Shown here: positions 46,405 to 54,968 of the stretch, in pieces
How the letters are laid out: each line of letters begins with the position of its first letter
How positions within the stretch are numbered: the first letter of the stretch is position 1
Source of the DNA: an uncultured Actinomycetes bacterium
GTDB taxonomy: Bacteria > Actinomycetota > Thermoleophilia > Solirubrobacterales > 70-9
Length of the DNA: 64,000 nt
Assembly (NCBI GenBank): GCA_963740145.1
Contig: CAVUDI010000002.1
Span: 36,579 to 100,578 of the forward strand
Direction: 5' to 3'
The notes under the pieces: model-generated
Told to the model about the DNA's origin: nothing
Databases searched by the model: none
Seen by the model: the letters and a program-made list of their open reading frames with translations, nothing else
Program-made: the position numbers and the translations under genes

Positions 46405-47802
46405 TCACCCGAGCCTCTTCAGCGCCTCCTCGATCCTGGCCAGGGACTCGTCGCGGCCCAGGGCCGCGAGCGAGTCAAAGATCCCCGGCGAGACCGTGGT
46501 TCCGGTGATCGCAACCCGAATCGGCTGATAGACGGCCTTCGCGCTGCGGCCCGAGCGCTCCACGACCCGACTCAGCGCCGCCTCGATCGAGGCCGGATCG
46601 AAGCCCTCCACGGAGCGCAGGGCCTCCAGGGCGGCGGCCAGCGTGGGGCGCGCCTCCGGCGTCATCACCCGCTCCCAGGCGGCCGGATCGCGGACCGGTC
46701 GCGTGAACAGGAATCGGACCAGGGGCCAGATCTCATCGAGCGTCTGGGCCTTGTCCTGGACGATCTCGCATGCCGCCCGCCGTCGCTCGGGTTCGGCGGC
46801 ACAGAAGGCTTCTGCCTTCTCCTGGCCGCCGAGTCGCAGGTGGGTGACCAGTCGCTGCTCGTACTCGTCCAGCGGCAGCTCGCGCATGAAGCGGCCGTTC
46901 AGCCAGCGCAGCTTGCGCTCGTCGAAGATCGCCGACGAGCGTCCCACCCGATCGATCGAGAAACGCTCGATCAGCTCCTGGGTGTCGAGGATCGTCGTGT
47001 CGTCCTGGGTCCCCCAACCCAGCAGAGCGAGGTAGTTGCGGACCGCGGCCGGCAGGTACCCCTGCTGGCGCAACTCCTGAACCGAGGCGGCGCCGTGTCG
47101 CTTCGACAGCTTGCGCCCGTCCAGCCCGTGCAGGAGCGGCAGGTGCGCGTACCGTGGCGCGGCGGCGTCGAGGGCGGCCAGGACGAGCAACTGCTTCGGC
47201 GTGTTCGATAGGTGGTCGTCGCCGCGAACCACGTCGGTGATCCCCATGTCGGCATCGTCGACGGCAACCGCGAGGTTGTAGAGCGGGGTGCCGTCGCCGC
47301 GCGCAATCACGAAGTCGTCCTGGGTCCGGTTCTCGAACCGCACCGGCCCGCGGATCAGGTCCTCGACCACGGTCACCCCCTCGTCCGGGACGCGCAGGCG
47401 AACGGCTGCGCCCGGCTCATCGCGGGGCTCTCCCCGGTAGCCGGCGCCACTGTGCGCCTGCTTCCAGGACCGCACGTCCTCGGCTGTGGCCGGGTCGGGG
47501 TAGGCGTGACCGCCTTCGACCAGCTCCCCGACGCGCTCGCGGTGGCGCTGGCGGCGCTCGTACTGGCTCAGCGGGCCTTCGTCCCACTCGAGCTCGAGCC
47601 ATCGCAGTGCGTCCAGGATCTGCTCGACGTTCTCGGGCACGGAGCGCTCCCGGTCGGTGTCCTCGATCCTCAGCACGAGCGTGCCGCCCGAGTGCCTGGC
47701 GAGAAGCCAGTTGTAGAGTGCCGTGCGGGCGCCGCCGATGTGGAGCGCTCCCGTGGGCGAGGGGGCGAAGCGAAGGCGAGGTGGCGCGGAACTACTCATC
47801 AT
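46405..47802 (-). CDS. gltX: glutamate-tRNA ligase
   Basis: Start taken at MMSSSAPPRLRFAPSPTGALHIGGARTALYNWLLA (HIGH motif), with ..LSKRHG further on. Intact frame. The track ORF extends to 47862. Confidence 0.95.
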   Translation of the reverse strand: MMSSSAPPRLRFAPSPTGALHIGGARTALYNWLLARHSGGTLVLRIEDTDRERSVPENVEQILDALRWLELEWDEGPLSQYERRQRHRERVGELVEGGHAYPDPATAEDVRSWKQAHSGAGYRGEPRDEPGAAVRLRVPDEGVTVVEDLIRGPVRFENRTQDDFVIARGDGTPLYNLAVAVDDADMGITDVVRGDDHLSNTPKQLLVLAALDAAAPRYAHLPLLHGLDGRKLSKRHGAASVQELRQQGYLPAAVRNYLALLGWGTQDDTTILDTQELIERFSIDRVGRSSAIFDERKLRWLNGRFMRELPLDEYEQRLVTHLRLGGQEKAEAFCAAEPERRRAACEIVQDKAQTLDEIWPLVRFLFTRPVRDPAAWERVMTPEARPTLAAALEALRSVEGFDPASIEAALSRVVERSGRSAKAVYQPIRVAITGTTVSPGIFDSLAALGRDESLARIEEALKRLG

Positions 47803-47897
47803 GCCGATCGGCGCGCATGTTTCCACAGCATCCGCGCACTGCCGTGACCAATGGCTTTGCAATGTCGGGTGCCACCGGCCTGGCCTACGCTTGGCGG

Positions 47898-48180
47898 ATG
47901 GACCAACTGGTGCAAGTCATCGGCGCGTTGCTGATTTCTCGCCGCCTTCATAGGGGGCCAGCGCGGAGCGCTCTCGCCGCACTCCCTCGTCTATCTAACT
48001 CTGAACCTCATCGGCTCGCTGACGCTTACTGTCGTGGCAGCGGTTGAATGGGACCTGGGCTTTCTCCTGCTTGAGGCGGTCTGGGCCCTCGTCTCGCTCT
48101 GGGGTCTCCTTCGCTCGCACGCGGGAAAACTCCTACAACGGCGCATTAGGCTTCATCGGCGTCGTCATACCCGCCCGTAA
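47898..48180 (+). CDS. small CBU_0592-like membrane protein (one frame break at about 47930)
   Basis: MDQLVQVIGALLI.., then a shifted frame: LAAFIGGQRGALSPHSLVYLTLNLIGSLTLTVVAAVEWDLGFLLLEAVWALVSLWGLLRS..*. Confidence 0.55.
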
Positions 48181-48282
48181 TGGACCTTGTTTCGCGCCAC
48201 GCCGACTCCAGCCCTGATCGAACCGGCTCTCCCGCGCCGCCAGGGTGCCACCCGGTGACGCCTCAGGTGGCTTGCCTATGCG

Positions 48283-48322
48283 GGAAACGTGGGCTCCGGT
48301 GCTGATCGGAGCCCACGTTTCC
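48283..48322 (+). promoter_or_regulatory. perfect 16-bp inverted repeat with the nfo GTG start in its 8-nt loop
   Basis: GGAAACGTGGGCTCCG-gtgctgat-CGGAGCCCACGTTTCC, verified base by base. Confidence 0.6.
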
Positions 48323-49172
48323 ACAGTCAGGTGGGCTGGTAAACGCCGTCGAGCGCGGGGTCGAGCGCGAGTGCGAAGCGATCCAGATCTTCCATCAGAG
48401 CCCGCGGATGTGGCGGCCGACCGCTTACGCCGACGAGGACTTCGAAGCGTTTCGGGAGACGATCGCGGACTCGCCGCTCCAAGCCGTCGTGATCCACGCC
48501 GTCTACTTGATCAATTGCGCCAGCAAGGAGCGCGAGGTCCGGCGAAAGTCGCTGACTTCGCTGCGCCACGCGCTGCGGATCGGGGACGGCATCGGCGCTG
48601 TCGGAGTTGTACTGCACGCCGGGGCGCGGAAGGGAGAGCCTCACGGGCCTTCCGTGCAACGCGCGGGCAAGGCGATCCGGGAGGCGCTCGAGAGCTCTGA
48701 GCGCTGCCCGCTGCTGCTCGAGAACACCGCCGGCACGCAGGGCCCGCTCGGCCGCAACTTCGACGAGCTCGCCGAGCTGATCGACGCAGCGGGAGGCGGC
48801 AAGCGTCTTGGTGCCTGCCTCGACTGCTGCCACCTGCTGGCCTCAGGGTTCGAGATCCGCTCGCCCAGCACGCTCGCCGAAGTGGTCGATGACTTCCACG
48901 CCAAGGTGGGGCTCGACCGCCTGCGCTGCCTGCACGTCAACGACTCGAAGGTGCCGCTCGGATCCAACCGTGACCGCCACGCCAACCTCGGCGAGGGGGA
49001 GCTGGGGCGTAGCGGCCTTCGGCCCTTCCTCTCTGAGCCCCGGTTCGAGGACCTGCCGGCGCTGATCGAGACCCCAGGGCCCGACGGCAAGGGCCCCGAC
49101 CGCAACGAGGTGCGAGTCGCAAAACGCCTGCGCGCGAGGGACTGGGGCCAGGAGCTAGCCCGCCGGGGCTAG
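48299..49172 (+). CDS. nfo: endonuclease IV (AP endonuclease family 2); one frame break at about 48320
   Basis: (V)LIGAHVS.. then ..GGLVNAVERGVERECEAIQIFHQSPRMWRP...VVIHAVYLIN...VVLHAG...LLENTAG...CLDCCHLLASG...LHVNDS. An alternative ATG is at 48278. Confidence 0.88.
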
Positions 49173-49297
49173 GGACGAAGTCCCGGTAGGAGCGTTGGAC
49201 CTGCCGGGTCAGGCTCGCGACCCTCGCCCGGCGGAAACGTAGCCGAAGGCGAGGCGAGGCGAGGTTCCGGCGGAGTGGTTTCCGGCGGAGTTATTTA
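49169..49297 (+). repeat. structured intergenic repeat, copy 3 (nfo stop to Cys-rich ORF stop), with internal duplications
   Basis: cTAGGGACgaaGTCCCggtaggagcgttggacctgccgggtcaggctcgcgaccctcgcCCGGCGGAAacgtagccgaaggcgaggcgaggcgaggTTCCGGCGGagtggtTTCCGGCGGagttattta. The TAG is the nfo stop and the terminal TTA is the stop of 49295-49699. Confidence 0.85.
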
Positions 49298-49699
49298 TGC
49301 CAGTGCGTCGCGGAGGTCGAACGGGCCCGGCTCGCCAGCGCCGGTATCGCCGCAGTCGAAGAAGCCCGGATTGACGCACTCGTGGGCGGGGCCGACGTGC
49401 TCGTAGGCCGGCTCGACCCGGAACTGGCATTGAGGCAGCGGCTCGCCCGTCATCTTGATCCCACCGTAGCCGCCGTTTCGCTCCGCCGCCTCGAACATCG
49501 CCAGGTCGATCTCGGCGCCAAACACATTGCGCATGCAACCCATGTAGTGGGCGCCGCTCAGCGGATCGAGATAGCTGTAGAGGTACTGGCAGCGAAGCTC
49601 GACGCAACCGCGCGGGTCCACGAGCCGGTCGCAGAAGGTTCGGCACTGGCGGCACTCGCCGGCCTGGACCCCCTCCTCTGCTCGCTGCTTGAGCGGCAT
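49295..49699 (-). CDS. Cys-rich hypothetical protein (134 aa)
   Basis: Track ORF with G/C-rich third positions: ..GECRQCRTFCDRLVDPRGCVELRCQYLYSYLDPLSGAHYMGCMRNVFG...PLPQCQFRVEP..HECVNPGFFDCGD. Ten Cys in total. No family recognised. Confidence 0.65.
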   Translation of the reverse strand: MPLKQRAEEGVQAGECRQCRTFCDRLVDPRGCVELRCQYLYSYLDPLSGAHYMGCMRNVFGAEIDLAMFEAAERNGGYGGIKMTGEPLPQCQFRVEPAYEHVGPAHECVNPGFFDCGDTGAGEPGPFDLRDALA

Positions 49700-49733
49700 G
49701 CGTGAAGTCTAGACCCGCTCCGGCTAGGGCCTC

Positions 49734-49849
49734 GGGACGCAGTCGCCGGTAACAGCGTTTGCCTGCCGGGTTAGGGCGCCGGACCTGACCCCGGCAGGTC
49801 CACACGCTAGCCGAAGGCGAGGCTGCCGCTAGCGCACACTGCTTATTTA
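49734..49849 (+). repeat. structured intergenic repeat, copy 4 (composite: forward core plus an inverted copy of the core)
   Basis: ctagggcctcGGGACgcaGTCgCCggtaacAGCGTTTGCCTGCCGGGTTAGGgcgccGGACCTGACCCCGGCAGGTCCACACGCTagccgaaggcgaggctgccgctagcgcacactgcttattta. The terminal TTA/TTA triplets are candidate dnaE stops. Confidence 0.8.
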
Positions 49850-52800
49850 CGCGGCCAGCGCTCGTGGGCCCGAGCAGGTGGTCGAGTTCGGCCCGGAGGG
49901 CCTGGGACGGGGTGACGCAGTACTCCTGGCCGAAGCGCAGCCGCCGGGTGCCCTCGCGGGTCTGCATCTCGAGCACCACCTCGCACTCGCCGGGGAAGCT
50001 CTGGAAGACCGACTTCAGCTCCTCCACCAGCTGGGACCCGAACTCGGCGGCGCTTACGCGGAGCAGGATCCGATCGGGGTGGCGAGCCTTCGCCTTCGCC
50101 CGCGCCGCCGCCAGCTCGTCCTCGCCGGGCTCGAACGGCTCCGCCTCGGCGACGACGAGACTGGTCTCCCCCCGGCCCTTGTGATCCACTCGGCCTCGCA
50201 CCAGGACCACGCGATCGAGCTCGATCCGATCCGCCGCCTCCGAGGCCGCATCGCGAACGAACAGCTCGACGCGGCCTTCCAGGTCGTCGAGGGTCGCGAA
50301 CATCACATAGGCGCCACTGCGCGTGCGCACCCGCTTGCGCTCGCTGACGATGCCGCCCACCGTGACCCAGGCGCCGTCCTCCTTGCGGGCCACCTCCGTC
50401 AGCGGGCAGTCGACCCGCTCGCGAAGCGCGTCGCGAACCTCGGCCAGCGGGTGCGCGGAGAGGAAGGTCCCAAGGGTCTCCTTTTCGAGCCGCAGCAACT
50501 CTCGCTGGTCGAACTCGTCGTCCGGGACCGGCGGCCGCTGCTCGCCACGCCCCCCGCCAGCCGGCGACTCCACGCCGCCGGCCGGCTCGCCGCCAAGGTC
50601 GAAGATCGATCCCTGGCCACGCCGCGCGTCCTCCTGCGACTTCGAACCGCTCGCCTGCGCCTGCGCCAGCACCTCGAGCATCCCCTTGCGGCTGCCGCCG
50701 GTCGAGTCCAGCGCCCCGCACTTGACCAGGCATTCGATTGCCCGCTTGTTGACCGCCCGGGCGTCGACCCGGTCGCAGAAATCCCAGATCGACGAGAACG
50801 GGGCGCCCTCGCGCGCCCCGATGATCGCCTCGACCGCCTGGTGGCCGACGTTCTTGACCGCGTCGAGCCCGAAGCGGATCGACTTGCCGCTGACCACGAA
50901 TCCGTGGTCCGACGAGTTGACGTCGGGAGGCAGCACGTCGATCCCCATCTCCTCGCAGCGATTGACGAAGAAGGGCACCTTGTCCTTGGTCGCCATCACC
51001 GAGGAGATCACGGCGGCCATGTACTCCGCCGGGTAGTTGGCCCGCAGGAAGGCGGTCCTGTAGGCGATCAGCGCGTAGCAGGCGGCGTGGCTTCGGTTGA
51101 AGCTGTAATCCGCCGCGGCAGTCATCAAGGACCACAGATCCTGGGCGACCCGCCGATCGGTGCCCGACTCGGCCAGGCCGGCCAGGAACTTGTCCCTCAT
51201 CTGCGCCATCAGGTCACGCTTCTTCTTCCCTACCGCCTTGCGCAGGTCTTCCGCTTCGGCCGGGCTGAACCCGGCCATCCGCTTGGCGATCTCCATCAGC
51301 TGCTCCTGGTAGATGCAGCAGCCGTAGGTGGACTCGGTGATCGGGCGCAGGCGGGGGTCGGCGTAGCGAACGGACGAAGGGTCGAGCTTGCCGCTCGCGT
51401 AGTCGTCGATGAACCGCATCGCGCCCGGCCTGTACAGCGAGACCAGCGCGACGATGTCGTTGAAGTCGGTGGGGCGCACCCGGCGCAGCGCGTCGCGCAT
51501 CCCGTCGGACTCGAGCTGGAAGACGCCGATGGAGTCACCCCGGGAGAGCATCTCGAAGGTCGTGGCGTCGTCGAGCGGGATCGCCTCGATCTCGATCTCC
51601 ACCTCGCGCGAGCGCTTGATGATCTCGACCGCATCCTCGATCACGTCGAGGTTGCGAAGCCCCAGGAAGTCCATCTTCAAGAGGCCCATCTCCTCGATCG
51701 GCCCCATCGAGTACTGGGTGACGATCTTGTACGAGCGCTCGGCTCGACCGCCGTTTTGGGGTCCGGACCCGTTCGGGTCCCGGTCGGCACCGCCGCCTCG
51801 ATCCTCCGCCAGCTGAAGCGGCACGATCTCGGCCAGCGGCCGGTCGGCGATCACAACCGCGGCGGCGTGAATCGAGTTGTTGCGGACGATCCCCTCGAGC
51901 CCGCGCGCGACGTCGATGATGCGCCGCGCGTCCGGATCGGAGTCGTAGGTGTGCTTGAGCTCCTGGCCGTCGGCGAGGCGCCTCCTTGAAGCTCGGGTTG
52001 CGACCGAGTACCGGCTCCGGGATCTGCTTGGCGATCCTGTCGCCGGTCGCGTAATCGAAGCCGAGCACACGGGCGGCGTCGCGGGTGGCGGCGCGCGGCG
52101 CCATCTTGCCGAACGTGATGATCTGGGCCACCGACTCGCGCCCGTACTTCTCGGCCACGTAGCGGATCACCCGCTCGCGACCGCGGACCGAGAAGTCGAT
52201 GTCGATGTCCGGCATCGACTTGCGCGCAGGATTCAGGAAGCGCTCGAACAGCAGCTGGTTGGAGAGTGGATCGAGGTCGGTGATGTTGAGGCAGTAGGCA
52301 ACGATCGACCCCGCCGCGGAACCCCGTCCCGGTCCGACGGCGATGCCGCCCTCCTTGGCGTACCTGACGAAGTCCCAGACGATCAGGAAGTAGGAGTCGA
52401 AGCCCATCTCCGCGATCACCGAAAGCTCGAACTCCAGCCGCTCGAGGGCCTCTGCGGGGGCGGGATCCCCGTAGCGGCGGTGCAGGCCCTCGGTGGCGAG
52501 CCGGCGCAGCATCGCGGCAGGCTCCTCGCCGTCGGAGGTGGGGAACCTGGGCAGGAGCAGCTGCCCGAGCTCGATCTCGACATCGCACCGCTCGGCGACC
52601 TCGAGCGTCGTCGGCACCGCCTCCGGCCAGCGCGAGAACGACTGGGCCATCTCCTCGTTGCTCTTGAGAAAGAACTCGTTGGTCTCGAAGGTCAGCTTCG
52701 GCCGCTCGATGGTCGACTTGGTCTGCACGCAGAGGAGCGCCGCGTGGTTGTCATAGTCCTCGCGACGCAGGTAGTGGACGTCAGCCGTGGCCACCAGCGG

Positions 52801-53421
52801 GCGCCCCAGCTCCGACGCGACCCGCTCGATGCCCTCGTTGGCCTTCTCCTGCTCAGCGAGCCCGTTCGCCTGGATCTCGAAGTAGACGTTGTCGGGCCCG
52901 AAGACGCCCAGGAGCTCGTCAACGTGGGCGCGCGCGTCGGCCGGTCGATCCTCGACGAGGCGCCGGCAAAAGCGCGACTGGAGGCACCCGGTGAGAGCGA
53001 TGACCCCTTCCGAATGGCGGTCCAGGAGCTCCAGGTCGGCGCTCGGCTTGCCGCGCCCGAACCCCTCCAGGAAGCCCGCCGAGGTGAGCTTGACGAGGTT
53101 ACGGAAGCCCGTATCCGAGGCCGCGAGCAGGGTGAGATGGTTCCTTTCGACGCGCTCCCGGGCACGGCGACGGTCGTCAACCAGGTAGGCCTCCAGCCCC
53201 ACGATGGGCTTGATGCCGTGCCTGCGGCAGGCCTTGTAGTGCTCCACCGCCCCGTTCATCACCCCGTGATCGGTGAGACCGAGCGCCGGCATGCCGAGCT
53301 CCGCCGCGCGCGCCGCCAGCCCGCGATCGGCGCCGTCAGCGTCCTTCGTGGCGATCTTGCAGGCGCCGTCCAGCAGCGAGTACTCGCTGTGGACGTGCAG
53401 ATGTACCGCTTCCCCGCTCAC
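49843..53421 (-). CDS. dnaE: DNA polymerase III alpha subunit; frame breaks at about 51980 and about 49870
   Basis: N-part: MSGEAVHLHVHSEYSLLDGA (PHP)...GRGSAAGSIVAYCLNITDLDP...DIDIDF. Middle frame: ..IHAAAVVIA...MDFLGLRNL...FQLES...FNRSHAACYALIAYRTAFLRANYP... and the OB fold. The last few codons return to the first frame if the G3C3 run near 49870 is miscalled, and the overall length is then a multiple of 3. Confidence 0.9.
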
Positions 53422-53530
53422 GGAGTGATCATTTCAATCGGCTCAGATGCCACCGCCCCGTCTTCCCGCAAATTCCGCAGGCCGGCAACATGGCGGACTT
53501 CGTCGCCAGGACCGCTAGCCTGGGCCGGCG

Positions 53531-53983
53531 ATGATCTGGCTGTTGCGGCACGGGGACGCCGAGGAAACCGCCGAGGACGACGCGGCGAGACGGCTGACCG
53601 AGAACGGGGAGCGGCAGGCGGAGGCCGCCGGCAGGGCGCTCGAGGTGCTCGATGCCGGCGTCGGCGCATGCCTGACGAGCCCCAAGGTCCGAGCTCGCGA
53701 CATGGCCCGCATCGCCTGCCGTGCGCTCGGCGTCGAGGTCGAAGAGACCGAGCTGCTTCGCGGCGGCGACTTCGACCCCCAACGGGTCGCCGGCCAGGCC
53801 ACCAACGTGCTGTTGGTCGGTCACGAGCCCGACCTCTCGCGCGCGATCCAGGAGGCCACGGGCGCCCGGGTCAAGCTGAAGAAGGGTGGCCTGGCCGTGA
53901 TCGAGGACGGGACCCTGCTCGCCCTGCTGACCCCTGCGCAGCTCGGCGCGATCGCCGCCGCGCGGTCGCCGAGCCCGAGCTAG
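53531..53983 (+). CDS. sixA: phosphohistidine phosphatase SixA
   Basis: MIWLLRHGDAEETAEDDAARRLTENGERQAEAAGRAL..CLTSPKVRA..LLVGHEPDLS. Confidence 0.85.
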   Translation: MIWLLRHGDAEETAEDDAARRLTENGERQAEAAGRALEVLDAGVGACLTSPKVRARDMARIACRALGVEVEETELLRGGDFDPQRVAGQATNVLLVGHEPDLSRAIQEATGARVKLKKGGLAVIEDGTLLALLTPAQLGAIAAARSPSPS

Positions 53984-54003
53984 GCACTAAGCTGCCCACT
54001 TCC

Positions 54004-54936
54004 ATGGAGGCGCTGGTAACCGGCGGGGCGGGTTTCATCGGCTCTAACCTGGTCGACGCCCTGCTCGAGCGCGGCGACCGGGTGGTGGTGATGGACGACC
54101 TGTCGACCGGGCGCCGCGAGAACCTCGCCGGGGCCATTGAAAAGGGGGCCGTGCTGCTGGAGGGCGACGTCACCGACGCCGCCGCGGTCACCGACACCTT
54201 CGAGGCCCGCCGCCCCGAGGTCGTCTTCCACCTCGCCGCCCAGATCGACGTGCGCCGCTCCGTCTCTGACCCGGTCTTCGACCTCGGCGTCAACGTCGCC
54301 GGGACCCTCAACCTGCTCGAGGCAGCGCGGCAGACGCAAGCGCGGCGCTTCGTCCTGACCTCGACCGGAGGGGCGATCTACGGCGAGGGTGCCGGGCGCT
54401 CGCTTCCCCTCGACGAGCAGGCCGAATGCAGGCCGGATGCCCCCTACGGCCAGAGCAAGTACGCGGCCGAGGGCTATCTGTCCCTCTACGGGCGCCTGTA
54501 TGGCCTCTCTACGGTTGCCCTGCGGCTCGGCAACGTCTACGGGTCACGCCAGGACCCGCTGGGGGAGGCGGGCGTGGTGGCGATCTTCTGCGGCGCCCTG
54601 CTCGGCGGCAGCACCCCGGCGGTGTTCGGTGACGGGCACCAGACGCGCGACTACGTGTACGTCGGCGACGTGGTCGAGGCGTTCCTGGCGGGCGCCTCCT
54701 CGGAAGTGAATGGCACCTACAACATCGGCACGGGAGCCGAGACGAGCGTGCTCGAGCTGGGCCGGCTGCTGGCGGGGGTCTGCGACCAGGAGTTCGATCC
54801 GCGGATGGCTCCGCCGCGGCCGGGGGAGGTCCAGCGGATCGCGATCGACAGCGCGCTCGCGGCCAGCGAGCTCGGCTGGCGGCCCCGGACCACCCTCGAG
54901 CAGGGCCTCCGGGCGACCGCGGATTCCTACCTCTAG
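54004..54936 (+). CDS. NAD-dependent nucleotide-sugar epimerase (GalE-like)
   Basis: MEALVTGGAGFIGSNLVDALL, ..YGQSKYAAE (YxxxK), ..GDGHQTRDYVYVGDV. The ATG at 54004 lies within the long 51949-54936 track ORF. Confidence 0.88.
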   Translation: MEALVTGGAGFIGSNLVDALLERGDRVVVMDDLSTGRRENLAGAIEKGAVLLEGDVTDAAAVTDTFEARRPEVVFHLAAQIDVRRSVSDPVFDLGVNVAGTLNLLEAARQTQARRFVLTSTGGAIYGEGAGRSLPLDEQAECRPDAPYGQSKYAAEGYLSLYGRLYGLSTVALRLGNVYGSRQDPLGEAGVVAIFCGALLGGSTPAVFGDGHQTRDYVYVGDVVEAFLAGASSEVNGTYNIGTGAETSVLELGRLLAGVCDQEFDPRMAPPRPGEVQRIAIDSALAASELGWRPRTTLEQGLRATADSYL

Positions 54937-54968
54937 TCCGGCCTGGTCCGGCCAGGTCGACCGGTAGC

